Source: Tetramitus jugosus
Lineage: Eukaryota; Protista; Heterolobosea
DNA: 64,000 nt
Assembly (NCBI GenBank): GCA_937625935.1
Contig: OW569366.1
Span: 1-64,000 of the forward strand
Direction of reading: 5' to 3'
Shown here in pieces: positions 11,354 through 24,229 of the stretch. A program made the position numbers and the translations under genes. The notes under the pieces were generated by a model. That model made no database searches. It was not told the origin of the DNA and saw nothing but the letters and a program-made list of their open reading frames with translations. Position 1 is the stretch's first letter. Every line of letters starts with the position of its first letter.

Positions 11354-12442
11354 CTACGATAATGTAAAACCACCATGCTTCATTTCTTCCATTGCCCTGA
11401 TCAGTTTTTGTTTCATAATATCACTGGAATTATACTTGGGCATGTCAATACTGTAAAAACACACATGGGCAGCCGGTAGGGCATTCTTGTTTCTTGCAAT
11501 ATAAAAGTTAAATGTGATACAATTTCTTCTGTTTGGTGTCGAGTCGTTGGGATTCCAAAAAGGTTCGCTTGATCCGCCATTGAACATTCCCGTTTGTCCA
11601 GTTGCAAAGTATATTAGCATTTGTAATTGTTCCTTGTTAAATGACTTTAGTACATCTGCTAATCTTGAACAATCATTACTAGTTGCATCACCGATGAAAT
11701 CTATGTGGCTCTCCAACAACAATTGCCTATCAATAAATTGTTGATCCGTAATAAGTAGAGCCATGTCTCTTTCATTCATGTTGTCAAGATAGGATGTCAA
11801 CTCTGGAAGACTTCGAAATCCTCTACGAATGGATTTCATATTTTTCATCCGATCACTAAAAAGTTTTTTCTGCATTTTCTTCTTTATAAATTCATGTTTG
11901 TTCGAGTTATTCACATCTCTCTTGTCAGTGTAAATTATCTCTTCAAAATCTAAACACATTGCCCCAATATCATCCATCGCCAGTAGTTGTCTCATATTGC
12001 GTCCAAATTCTGCATCAACCATATCAACATCTTTCATATGTATCATTGAATGCTCGAACTCACTCTCCTTGTCATCAGGACAGAGTAAATATCTCATAAA
12101 ATATGGTGCTAAACATATAGACATTGTTCTTTGATCAAATATCATTTTGATCAACACTTTACCTATACTTTCGAACAATCTTTCATTCTTGATTTGTTGC
12201 TTTGCGTTTTTATCATCACAAATCGGTACAAATAGATTATTGTTGTCAATCTTCTCGAACAACTTCTCTGCAATATTGTTAAATATTCTTGCATAAAATG
12301 CAGTTGTCAGTGCGCCGCCATCAATTCCTTCTTCACCCTCGAATGTAACAACTAACCTCTTCATCATATTACTAGAAGTCATTGTATAAAAGCAGTTCAA
12401 AGTCGAATTAATCCAATTGGGATGATCTTGAACTCTTAACAA
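11354..12442 (-). CDS. HECT E3 ubiquitin-ligase catalytic domain (stand-alone or 5'-truncated)
   Basis: RLVVTFEGEEGIDGGAL; LIYFATG; LPAAHVCFYSIDMPKY with the catalytic Cys; C-terminal GFTLS. No substrate-binding N-terminus. The ORF-track start is TTG; the first Met is at MTSSNMMK. Confidence 0.8.
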   Translation of the reverse strand: MLRVQDHPNWINSTLNCFYTMTSSNMMKRLVVTFEGEEGIDGGALTTAFYARIFNNIAEKLFEKIDNNNLFVPICDDKNAKQQIKNERLFESIGKVLIKMIFDQRTMSICLAPYFMRYLLCPDDKESEFEHSMIHMKDVDMVDAEFGRNMRQLLAMDDIGAMCLDFEEIIYTDKRDVNNSNKHEFIKKKMQKKLFSDRMKNMKSIRRGFRSLPELTSYLDNMNERDMALLITDQQFIDRQLLLESHIDFIGDATSNDCSRLADVLKSFNKEQLQMLIYFATGQTGMFNGGSSEPFWNPNDSTPNRRNCITFNFYIARNKNALPAAHVCFYSIDMPKYNSSDIMKQKLIRAMEEMKHGGFTLS

Positions 12443-12520
12443 TTTTGAGTCCCGCTGGGTAGAACGAGATTTTTCAGCAAATATATCTAATCATCGCTCA
12501 AGATCTGTAATTCAAAGCCA

Positions 12521-15500
12521 TCATGTAGTTTTCAATCCCTCATCCAGACCACCTACATCAGCCAGTTCAAAAGTTGAAACGCGTATAAGTTTGTAACGAG
12601 TGTATTCAGCAGTATCAATGAACCGAGTAAATGTGTCAGCAATGTTGGACATGGTCTCATTGTACAGCGATTTTAGAGCTGCCTCGGCCTCAAAAGCAGA
12701 CAAATGAGTATCCTTCATTGCCGATCGAATCATTTTCTTTGTTTTGTTTGGCACATTGCACTCGTAGGTAGAACCAGACTCAAGGAACTCTGAATAAATG
12801 TCATTCATCATCTCAACTCTCTGTTGAGTGAACATGATCATTGTATTCGAACGAACTTGCTCTAATCTTTTCCAAAGGAGCACATTCTCCAATGCAAACT
12901 CCTTTGCAGCGAATGCTGCGAGCATCTCGTACCCTAATTCATTCCTCAATATATCTAAAATATCTGACTCAATCGAACTGGTGCCATTCCTCATTTCTTT
13001 GATCGACTCTCTCATTTCAGACACTCGCTGATACACTTCAAGAGATGATCGATACTTGAAAAGGCTGACCATCAAAGAAAATCCCCCAAATGCAGCAATT
13101 CTGAATGCAACATACAGCACGTCAAATATGAATTCTCCAATCTTGAGGGATGAATTTGGTTGAGCTGATGAATCTAATCGATCAGAAATTCCAAATATGT
13201 AGGAGATAATCAACATTGCCATTGCTATTGCCATGAGTATCGATTCTAATCTAAACAATAAAGGATCATCTTTTGAGAAGTGAGTGAAGAATGTGTTTGC
13301 CAATGACTTGAAAGCATCTGCGCCCACAGAAAGCACTTCTTGAGGGTTTTTCTTATCCTTGCCAGAGCTGAAGTAAAATCTTCTGCCCATAACCACAGTG
13401 AGATCCCAGATGAAAACAGCAACAATCAGTCCTGCAAAACAGAATGACATGATTGAGAATGAAAGAGCATTGATGATAGAAGCAACGTTGGGAACAATGA
13501 CTCTTGTTGATTCCAGTATCGACAGGATGACAAAGTAAGCACACGAGATTACAAATATTGTGAATCCCAGAGCAACATAAACCAGTTTCGATGAAATCAG
13601 TCTCAATATTCTCATGTGTTTCTTGACTGATTTGGCAATGCTTTCTTTTGCCATTATGGAATACAAGTTCTTCAAAAAGTAGAATCTTATCATCTGCCAC
13701 AGATAAATGAACAAGGACAACAGAACAAGTGGATTGACAATTGTCAATATCAGGTACCCCAAGCTGTTCACTCCTTTGAAGTCTTTTGAGCTGTTCGCTG
13801 ATATCAACAATGAGTTTCTAATGATTCCATTCAGGATGCACTCAATAAGAATGGCACCAAGACCAATCGATGGAGCAATGAATCTCGATTTGATTGGTTG
13901 AGTGTTTCGCCACCATAATGCCATCACGATCAAAACCAATGATTGCAGAGCAAATATCGAATACATGATGATCCATGTAATATACAGTCCATTAGATGCC
14001 TTGTTAGGGTTCTTGGGATCATACACAATCATTGATGTGAAACTTGTTGTGTGATTGCAATGACAGACAATGCTAAAACCGTCAAACTGAGAAAGCCAGC
14101 AACCGTCTGTTCTCCAAGTATTGTTACTCGTTTCATCCAAGTATCGACATTCAAACATATGATTCAACGGCAATGCACTCCTATTATGAGATCCCTTCAA
14201 TACAATTTCGATCGGTTTCGTTAAATTGACGAGCTTCACTTTCTCACTCATGTCCAAAATCTTGAAAATAACAATTGGTGAAGAGATATTCTGTCCATTG
14301 TTCGACAGCGAATATGGATTCTGCTCTGCATTGAAACTGATTGATTGTACTGTGTAAGTACGAACATCGTTCAGTGAATTGATATCATCAGGAATCATCA
14401 CTGAAACAAGAGAGTTTGAAATGGAAGCATTGCGAAGTGTCGATGCAGTATCAACCCGAACACTCAAGTCAAATGAGCTCGTTGAAACAACAGTTTCAGC
14501 CTCCAGCACTATTTTGTCCCTTCCAATCAGGGTGACGAGTTGCGAAATGATATCAAGAGTCTTATTACTCAAACTGATAACTTGCTCGCCATAAATATTG
14601 GAGATAGTTGATGCCAATTGTTGTGTTTCGTTCGATCCAAGCGAAACAGCAGAAGTTAAACAGCTCTGAACAGCTAGGCTCAGAATGGTTAGAGACTTAT
14701 CAGCTGTTGATAGTGAAAACAAAGAGCTGAAACTTGACAATACATTGATTGTACTGATTTTTGAGAGAATAAAGTGCTCAGTGACGGAATCATTGCTGTT
14801 TTGAATCTCATCCAAAGTACTATTTAACATGAAATCAACCATTCCAGAATAAATAATCGTGATTTGGTGCACCGGCACACTGATGTTGGTAGCAAGCTGA
14901 CCCACTGTTGCAGCAACAATATTCAACACAGATTCTCCATTGTCTGTTCTGTTTTCTGAGTTCAAACCTTGCAATAATTGTTCGGCTCGATTCATTCGTT
15001 CGGTCGCACTAGCTTCAGAGCTGACAGGAATTGAAAACTCCGTCGATGATTCTCCTCCTTGTGAGTTCTGGACTGTGCATCGAATTCTCAGATGAGAACT
15101 GAAAGAAGGAAGAGCTGTATTAATTGTGCTGTAAATAGAATAATCTTTCAGTGCAGCAAATCTCTGAAGTATTTCATTGAAATACTCAAAAGAGTAATAC
15201 AAGGGATACGCTTCAGGGATATCAGTTGAATTGATAGAGATAGTAAACAATGTAGAAAGAGCATTTCCATCCACTGGATCAAACGTGAAACCTGTAATTA
15301 TTGGGGGAGCTGACGTTCTTGAAGTGACCGAAGCAAAGGAAACAAGTTGACCGGATGCAACATTGGCATATCGAGCTCTGATCATGAAAGTGTAACTGTT
15401 GTTGTACTTGAGTGTATATTCTGGGATAACCAAGGGAATCAGAGTGGAAGATGTTCGCATGAAAATAACACTTTGAGATGAATCTGCTCTCACTGACCAT

Positions 15501-18500
15501 TCATATTCAACTCCATAACCACCAATGATATTTGATACATTGGCAGAAATTCTCAAAACTTTGAGTGGATTCAGAATGGTTGGGACAACACTCGAGATCT
15601 TCAACACTGGAATCACACTTTCTCGATTCACAATCTGTATGATTATACTTGCATTTCCAACTCGGTTCGTTACGAAAGGATTTGGAGTATACATTAATGA
15701 TATTGTATAATTTCCAGGACCTTCATCCAAGAGAGTTGTGACTCCAGAAGGAAGTTGTTTTGAGCATGAATCGCAACTCCACTTGTAGATTGCTCCAGTA
15801 ATCGAGCCATAAAGTGGATCACTGCTTTGACTGGCATCAAGCAAAATCGTATTTCCAGCCAATACCATTCGATTTCCACCACTGATAACAGCATTTGGTT
15901 TCGTTTCAATCACTGTTACAGGAACTGATCGAATAGCTTCTAAATGATCAGAAACAATCTGAACCGAAATACTTCCAGCAGCTTTAACCGTAAATGACAA
16001 ATAGTTCAATGTTGTGGAATAAGATTGACCTTGAATGAACCAAGTCTTTTTGGTGCTCACCAAACAACTTGGAATCTCGGTCAGATATGCGAAGAGAGAT
16101 AAAGAGCCGGTGTCTTTTACAGATAAGGTGCCCGTTCCTGACAATTCTATTTTAGCAATGGCTTTTCTTCGAAAGAATGTCAATGAATTCGATTCACTCA
16201 ATTGATTTCCTTGGAGAGCGTAAATAAACAATGATATCGTCACATTTTCATTCGTAGGAATGAATTGATTGGGAACAATCAATGTTTTGTTGTTCTGGTT
16301 GACCAAATATTGAGTGATGTTCTGAGATGTTGTTGATGTCTTCCAAACATATCTCCTTCCACTCATATCATTGTTGCTCTGAATTGATTGTATACTAATA
16401 TCTTCACAAGGATCTATCATTGTGTAATTGGAGCTGATCAAAACCTGCAAATTTTCGATAGCACAATTAGTGGTTGTGTATCCCCATTCACATTGACACT
16501 TATCTGTGAAAAGACAACTTCCATGACCTGAACAAACAGCGGTGTCGTTAGAATCCACTCCAAAACAAAAAAACTTTGGACAACTGATATTGAATGTCAA
16601 TGAGTTCGAGACTGCCAGTTGATTTTCTTGGAGATCATAAATGAACAATGATATCGTCACATTTTCATTCGAGGGAAAATATCCATTGGGAACAACCAGA
16701 GTGTTGCTCTGTTGATTGATTAAATAGTTTGTAATGTTTTGAGATGTTGTTAAAGCCCTCCAAATATACTTTCTTCCACTCATATCATGGTTGCTCTGAT
16801 TTGATTGAATAACAATGTCTTCACAAGGGTACAATGAATTATTAGAGCTGATCAACACCTGCAAATTTTCAATGCCACAATCAAGGTCCTCATAGCCCCA
16901 TTCACATTGACACTTATCAGCGGAAATACAATTTCCATTCCCTGAACAAACGGCAGTATTATTAGAATCCACTCCAAAACAAAAAAACTTTGGACAACTG
17001 ATATTGAATGTCAATGAGTTCGAGACTGCCAGTTGATTTTCTTGGAGATCATAAATGAACAATGATATCGTCACATTTTCATTCGTAGGAAAGTATCCAT
17101 GGGAACAACTAAAGTGTTGTGTTTCTGGTTGACCAAATATTGAGTGATGTTCTGAGATGTTGTTGATGTCTTCCAAACATATCTCCTTCCACTCATATCA
17201 TTGTTGCTCTGAATTGATTGTATACTAATATCTTCACAAGGATCTATCATTGTGTAATTGGAGCTGATCAAAACCTGCAAATTTTCAATACCACAATCAA
17301 TGTTTGTATATCCTCATTTACAATGACACTTATCAGGGGCAATACAACTTCCATTCCCCGAGCATACAGAACTGTTGTTGAAATTCACTCCAAAGCAAGA
17401 AAACTTGTCACAAACGAAACCACTGTATCCTGTCTCACATATACATGTGCTCATATCAACACATGCTCCATGGCCTGAACAATTGCTATTTGCATTTTCT
17501 TTCACACTGCATATCGCAGATGATGAGCAATTCAAAGTTGGAAGACGCGGGTCTGTTTTTATGCTCGTTTCAATCTGAACAAAAGCACTCAGTCCCAATG
17601 CCACACTGCTCGATAAAGGATATGGTTGATTGAGATTGAAACTGTCACAAGCACGTTGTTCATCAAACCACCAACCTGACTGAGTTTGAGTTGCACATGA
17701 ATAGTTTGAGACACCCGGGAATGAGAACTGAACTCCATCCAATATAAAGTCAGGATTAGAGGAGTTTTGTGGAAATAGAGATCGGAAATCAATTGTGTAA
17801 TTGTTGAGACTTGAACCGACTGACATATAAGCTGTTTTCGATTCAGGAGTCGATGAAATTGTAACCGTGTCAAAAAAAACATCGGCTCCCATCGAAGTCA
17901 GTGTGTGAAGTTTCTTCAATCCCAAGAAAAATTCTCCATCCAACAAGCCAAAGCCTTCCTCATATTCATACTTGTTTCTACTAAATGATGATAATCCATT
18001 GTATCGCTTGTGAACAACAATTGACCTTCTTTGTGTGTTACAAACAACGAGCATCGATCCACAAGATGTTGGTTGAATCTCATAAACACCGGATGGAGCT
18101 CTTGGCCACAAAGACACAACATCAGAACAATCTCTAACAGTTGCATTGAACAAAGTAACTTGAACTGGATTCGAGGAAGAGTCCAAGAAAGGAAAGGGTA
18201 GAATATCGCCTGTTCCATTCATTAGTGAATCGAGATTCGAGACTCCAGCTAGGGGAAGGATTTCACTACTTGTGAAAACTCCCCAATTGTTGAATTGGGC
18301 ATTCAGTGCAGTTGGAGAATTGATGTTGGAATGTCGCAATATAGTACCTGGTCCCTGTTGCACAAAAGAATTTCTTCTGATTTTGACAGGATTTTGAACT
18401 TCAAGCAAGCAATGTGAAGAAGTTCCTCTCAGCTCGTTCCAACTGAATTCAATTGAGTCTGGACAATTGGTGGTACTCAGGCGAACAGGTTCCTCATTGT

Positions 18501-20727
18501 ACAAAATTTTGTTACTGGAAATCAATGTTTGTCCACCACAATCAAAGGCAGCAACATACAAAGGAGAATCAATAACTGTACTCTCGATTACATTATTAGA
18601 TATGTCTACGTCTCCCGCGTTGTATTTTTCTATCCTCATTGTTGCTTTCGTGAGAGTATTATTTTGAATCAAAATCCTTCCCTCGAAACCCGTCACATTA
18701 GACATCGAGAATATCGCTTCAAACTGCGAGTTCGAAGCGATAAATCGATTATTATCTATTGATATGGTTCTTACTGCATATGATCTCACAACTACACCTC
18801 TTTGGGAGTCTATGATACTGTTCAATGAGAATTTACACTCCTCGAGCGTAAAATTTTTAGTGTTGGTGTATTCTGCTCCAATGCTGACTCCTGAGAACGT
18901 ATTATTGATAATATTCATAGTCACTAATTCTATCGAAGAATCATCCTGTAAAACCACTATTCCATCAAAATAGTTGGAGGAATCTGCCACAAATGAGCTG
19001 TACATGACAGACAAGCCTCGAACATTGTGAGCAAACACACATCTCTGATTACAGGAAGAGAATGAAGTATGATTCACATTCACTGTGCCACCATTGATAA
19101 ACAATCCCAATCCTTGAACATCAGCAAAACTTAAATTAATTTCCGAATCTGAGTTAACTGTGATGTTTCTGAAACCTTGAAAGCAATGAACCTTGGCTAA
19201 AGAATTATCAGCTATTCCTTTTGCATTCAGCCGACCATTCTCCAAATGAAGATCTTCATAAGTAATCATTGTTCCCAAGATAGTCAATGACGATCTTACA
19301 ATCAACTCAGACCGAATGTGATACTCAAACTCTTGGGAAAAAAAATTATCTTGTATCATATTTGGAAAATCAATGTAAATTCTTGGTGCAGTAATCGACT
19401 GAACCGATGTTGTCATCCGAGCAAACATCATGTTCTGCTTCTCATTCAACAATGGAATACTTGCACCCCATACTCTGTTCTGACAATCTGAGTGAGCAAC
19501 AAAAATCAAGTCGGACGCACCAAAAGCAATGAGAGCAACACCTCTGTTGACTCCATCACCATGAAGCTTCACATCGACCCTTTCAACTGCAAATGAACTA
19601 TTTAACTGGATAATGAACCCCATTGAACTGTTTGCAGCAGCGGATAGATGTGTTCCATTCACGTCAACTGCACCAAAAATCTCACCCGTGAGAAAAGTGT
19701 ATGGCGAGAATTGAACCGCACTTCGAAAAACAATGATGTTATCAGCTGATCCCACCGTAGACAGAAGGGAATGGACATGCTGTGCAGCCCCAGATCCATC
19801 AATGTCTATTGCCTTGATTGAAGCATTTTCGTCTGGAAAGAAATACACATTAGCAAAGAGAGGATGACGAGAAGGAGGATAACCATAGGTTGTTTTAGGA
19901 TGCAAATAGCACCATGACCAAGAGGAACTTTGGTATTGAGCAACAAATGCAGTTTTTTGAGTGATGGGCGTTGTGTTTTGGGGATTGAATTGCACTGATC
20001 CTTCGATAACACCAGATACGATATAGTTAGGCATTCGATCTTGCAATACATAACCAGCATTAATTCCTTCTGCAAGCGAGCTTTGGCCATAGAGAACATT
20101 TTGGGGATTGATCACCTGCTGACATGAGACGAACACACTGGTGAACGTTGAATGCGTATCATCATCAATATAACCCATATATCCTGTGAAACATACCCCA
20201 CTAGGGATCCTAGGAATAATATCAAAAACTTTTGCTATTGTTGTGTTAAATGAATTCGGATTGGTTGCTCTGATACATCCCAACAAATTTCCATCAAGGT
20301 CCAACTCACACACAGTTGCCTCACTCGAAGGTGAGTTTTCCATTTGAGTGAAACCACCAATGAATAGCATGTTGGTAAAACCACCATCCATTGACAAAGT
20401 TGCACTCGTGGGATAAAATCCTTTTGTCAAAGTTTCATCGATCAGAGCCTTGTACCACACCAAAGTACCATCACCCGTGTACCTCATGACACCACATGGA
20501 TATGTTCCATTTTGAGACAATGGTGAAGCAGGACTCAACTCACCAATCATGAATACACTATCATTGGACGCATCAGCACAACTATCTTTAACTGTGAATT
20601 CATTGTCACCACCTGCAAAATTGAAATAGCGTGTCTGAAGGGCAAGACCACTGACTTTTTGTGACAAAAAGTAGAGAGCAAGGAACAGGGAACAATGCAG
20701 CAAAAAAAGCAAAAGTTTTCCCTTCAT
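12521..20727 (-). pseudogene. Giant adhesion-receptor-like 7TM-RGS protein (signal peptide, propeller/beta-helix-like regions, fibrinogen C-domain, EGF repeats, REJ/PKD, GPS, 7TM, RGS) with one in-frame TGA and one frameshift
   Basis: ORFs 17314-20727, 17071-17280 and 12521-17176 join into ~2,735 codons. TGA at 17314-17316 aligns with Trp in sibling repeats (CHCK*GY versus CQCEWGY). One-base deletion at ~17100 (CCC ATG GA versus CCC AAT GGA). FReD motif RDCSDV..APSGVYEIQP..GFGLLDGEFFLGLKKLH; GPS WRTDGC..CHCNHTTSF; seven hydrophobic helices; RGS FAAKEFALENVLLW..IYSEFL..DTFTRF. Confidence 0.85.
16150..17400 (-). repeat. Three tandem ~414-417-bp intragenic units (EGF + beta-rich module)
   Basis: 16548-16671 is identical to 16962-17085 (124 bp); 16293-16456 is identical to 17123-17286 (164 bp). 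Confidence 0.9.
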
Positions 20728-21127
20728 CTCGAACTGTGCGTGCTTAACAAAGCCTTAGAGATGGTGAGCTCACTAATGTTGAATAGTCTTGATCGATTTG
20801 TTGTTTGTTGGGATCACTGCCAATGATATCTGATACCTGGTGGCCCAAGAGGGAAAACAAAAACAACGACCTCACATGTCGCGGAGAAAAAAACGCGTTT
20901 TTTCACACAACAAAGGACGCTTTTCCGCAATTGGGTTCTTGTGATCAGAGACCTTCTCGCACATGCTTCATGCCGTGGTGTCGAAAAAGTACGCACTCTA
21001 CAAGTGCATGCATCTCAATCTATTTCATAGCTCTATCTCATCCCAGTAATTTCCCCTCTACCACAGTCTTCACATGTGTTCGTTTCTTGTTCTGCTTGTC
21101 TAACTTTTTGTGTGTTTCAGAAAAATA

Positions 21128-21766
21128 ATGAACCAACGGTTACGCGACATGCATTTGAGTGACATTCCACCCGAGATCATTCACACTCACATCTTCAAGT
21201 TCCTTACCACTGAAAAACAATTGGTTACTCTATCCTTGGTGTGCCAACAATGGAACCAAGTCATTGATGTACCCATAGTCGTCGACACTGAAACTCCCCA
21301 AATTCAACAAAGAGTGAGTGACACTGGTTCAGCATTGGAATTAGTCCTTGTTCAATTCAACCCAATAATCAACAATTATTGGAACGCCAAAATGAATTAT
21401 GAGAAGCATCGTTTGTCAGCCAAGTACTCGTTGATTCATATTGCTAAGGGAGCTACTTTTGAGTTTGAAAAGATGCAAGGAAGGCAAGAAGACTATAAAG
21501 AATTTCTGGAGGGATATTCCTATGCTTTTGGATCAGCTCCATATGGTGTACGGACTTCGACTGGACTGTTTCAAGAGTTGAATGATTGCTTGTTTGGTGG
21601 TACTTCTGATGACAACATACAACATTTGGAAATATACTCGTGGGTGGATCAACCATGGTCTTCCTTCTTTGATGCTGGATTGGAATGGTGGGGTGTCTTC
21701 ATCTCCACCATTTACAACAAGAAAACAGGAACAATGTGTTGTGTCGCTGCTTCAACAACAGATTAA
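21128..21766 (+). CDS. F-box protein with an uncharacterised Trp-rich C-terminal domain
   Basis: F-box LSDIPPEIIHTHIFKFL...LSLVCQQWNQV; C-terminus WSSFFDAGLEWWGVF..TIY...VAASTTD. Start taken at ATG 21128. Confidence 0.75.
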   Translation: MNQRLRDMHLSDIPPEIIHTHIFKFLTTEKQLVTLSLVCQQWNQVIDVPIVVDTETPQIQQRVSDTGSALELVLVQFNPIINNYWNAKMNYEKHRLSAKYSLIHIAKGATFEFEKMQGRQEDYKEFLEGYSYAFGSAPYGVRTSTGLFQELNDCLFGGTSDDNIQHLEIYSWVDQPWSSFFDAGLEWWGVFISTIYNKKTGTMCCVAASTTD

Positions 21767-21899
21767 TACTCATGGCGGCTCGAGTGATGGATGAGAAAGC
21801 GACCTTAGCCTTAATACTCTATATCTGTTGAGCAATTCTTCATTAATTAGTGACTGAATAGAACAGGAATAAGGACAAAAGTGGGCAGTATTTTACAAT

Positions 21900-24053
21900 G
21901 AAATATAATTTCGTTAATCTTTCACCAAACAGATTTGACGTCTTTACCAGAAATGCCTCAACAGTCACGTGCCTACATCATTAAGGAGACGATAGTTGTG
22001 AATACCAGTGCCACAACCATAAGAATTCTCATTGGTTTCAACGAATTGTGTGCTAATGATGCATCGCCTTTGGAGTTTCCAGCAGCGATCTTGAGGAAAG
22101 AAAAACTGTGAGATTACTCATTGTTGTTCACCTTATTCTCTTGGTGCAAGTATCTAGCAGCGTTATTGAGTTGAAATATTGGATTCACAAGTTCTGCTTT
22201 CCACATCAACCAACGCATTCACATCAAATGAGAAGATGGAACTCTTTTGTCCTGCCGAAATGATAGTAGTGGAAGTACTCGAATTGGGTACTCCCTTGTT
22301 CACCAGTTGGAACCACCTGGACATTGATTGTGAATCATACACAGTGCATCCTGGTCTATTCTGAGAAGGATTGAACTCTGGCATTCCTCCCGTGTATCCA
22401 CTCTTCATACAACACAAATGCATTGTGAACTTGAAGGAGTTGGTCATTGGACAGAACAGGACCTGATTGAGACAAGCACTTGATCACCAGAAGAAAATTC
22501 TCTCTTCTCAATGCCATTTATTATTGGACAAGACAATATCAGTTGCATAGGCTAGATTCAATGGGGGATTGGGCAGAATGATCTCATAAGATACTTCGAA
22601 TGGAATGGAATAATTAGAGATTGGAGTATGGTTGGTAAGAGAGGCTAGCAGAACAAAGGAATCTGAGAATGAACTCAAATTTTCTCTCGAAATGAGCTTC
22701 ACATTGTAAACTATGGCTGATGGCGAGGATAGAGTGAAAGCTCACTTCGAACTTGTCTGCTCCCAATGAGGAATATTTCAAATAAATACTGGATAGAGTA
22801 TATCCACTCATCAAGATACTCAACTCAGAGCCAATAACAATAACTTGATCACCTTCTCTTGGATACACAGATTGGACAGACAACTTGATCAATTCTTGGG
22901 CCTGATTACTAGTAGTGTTGAACACTGTGAATGTCTGACTGCTCAATTGTGCATAGATAGCTTGCGAGGCATGGAAGGAAACAACAGTTCTCTTCTCATC
23001 ATTCACGTAATGAATATACAATGTCGCCCAGATTTTGAGGATTTGATCTCTCTTGAGTCGAGACGAAGTTCATGGAATCACAACTCTGTAGCCGTTGGTG
23101 CAATTACTTTTTGAAATTAGCTCTCCAATAGAGACAGTGGAGTTTTGGAACAAATTCTCACCATTAAATGCTTCATAAGTGATCAAGTGCCTCATCGAAG
23201 GGGCAATCTCTTGTTGGTCATTGAAATGAAAAACTGAAGAGACTCAGAGTTCCATTGTGCCGACACAGGGGTCGTGGTGCTCCAAAAATTTCACTGCTCA
23301 TCCATCGATAGGAAGTTTCTTGCGGTCAAAAGTTGTAATATCTGAACGATTGCATTGACAAGTATCAGGAGCAATACATTGACCCGTTTCCTTGCAGTAG
23401 ACACGTAGAGCACTGATCCAGTGAGACCAGTCACTTGAGTTGGAGTCTTGACAGTTGTAGTTGTGTTACCAAGTCCAAGTTGACCATCAACATTGCAGTA
23501 CCATCAGTGGTACCAAATGCAATACTAGTGACATTGCCTCCCTTCAATCCATTGAACTCCTTTGGTGCAAAGACGTGTAGCTTTGACTCTCCCTTGGTCA
23601 AGAAGGCGTTTGGGTATCTCTGAGCGCCCCACAAGAACAATTTTCCACTGACTCTAGCAATGGCTCCAGAGACAGAGAAACTAGCAGCAATCTTCTCAAT
23701 CATCATCTCTTCGCTTTCATCAGAGTATACATTGATGACAGTAGGGAGAGAACGTTGGTTTGAGGATCAGGTAATCTTGAGACATCTCCCTGAACATGAA
23801 GCTTTTGGTCACTTCTGAGAACAAAGAGATTACTGTCGAGGGATTGAATGGTGGTGCCGTTGGGAAACCTTTGATCAGAGAGCTTTGTCCAGGAGAGAAA
23901 TGCTGGCGGCAGGCTGTCATGACTTTTCAACACTCCCAAGCTACCAAAAGTGTTGTTACCAACAACCCAAATCTCATTTAAGTAATCAGTTGAATCCACG
24001 GTGACCACGCTCAATGAAAATCTACCTAGACTGAGTATGTAACTAACACTCAA
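21900..24053 (-). pseudogene. Heavily degraded RCC1-like/EGF surface-protein gene
   Basis: Series of short broken minus-strand ORFs: IWVVGNNTFGSLGV and GKLFLWG (RCC1-like); CKETGQCIAPDTCQC at ~23400-23355 (EGF-like); many stops and frameshifts; no 5' end. Boundaries approximate. Confidence 0.6.
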
Positions 24054-24229
24054 ATTGTGCTGAACATGTTTCTGTCGGTTCGGGACCTCGAGAAAACTCT
24101 GGAATCAGTCTGACAGAATACGCGCCATTTTGAAATTACAATCAGAAAAACCGTTATCTACGATTTTAAGGTCTTCTGAAGCGAAGATCTTTTTGCTCTT
24201 TACTTCGAAGATAAAACAAACCAAACAAG

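Noticed and set aside
12443-17316. UGA reassigned to Trp (TGA aligns with Trp at 17314; TGA-only stops between the receptor and HECT ORFs)
   Set aside because: The long intact genes contain no internal TGA, and TGA ends the Kir, cyclase, LCAT and MATE genes at plausible C-termini. A point mutation or sequencing error is simpler.
20888-20903. 16-bp palindrome aaaaaacgcgtttttt in a divergent promoter
   Set aside because: Low complexity and a single occurrence; no support for function.
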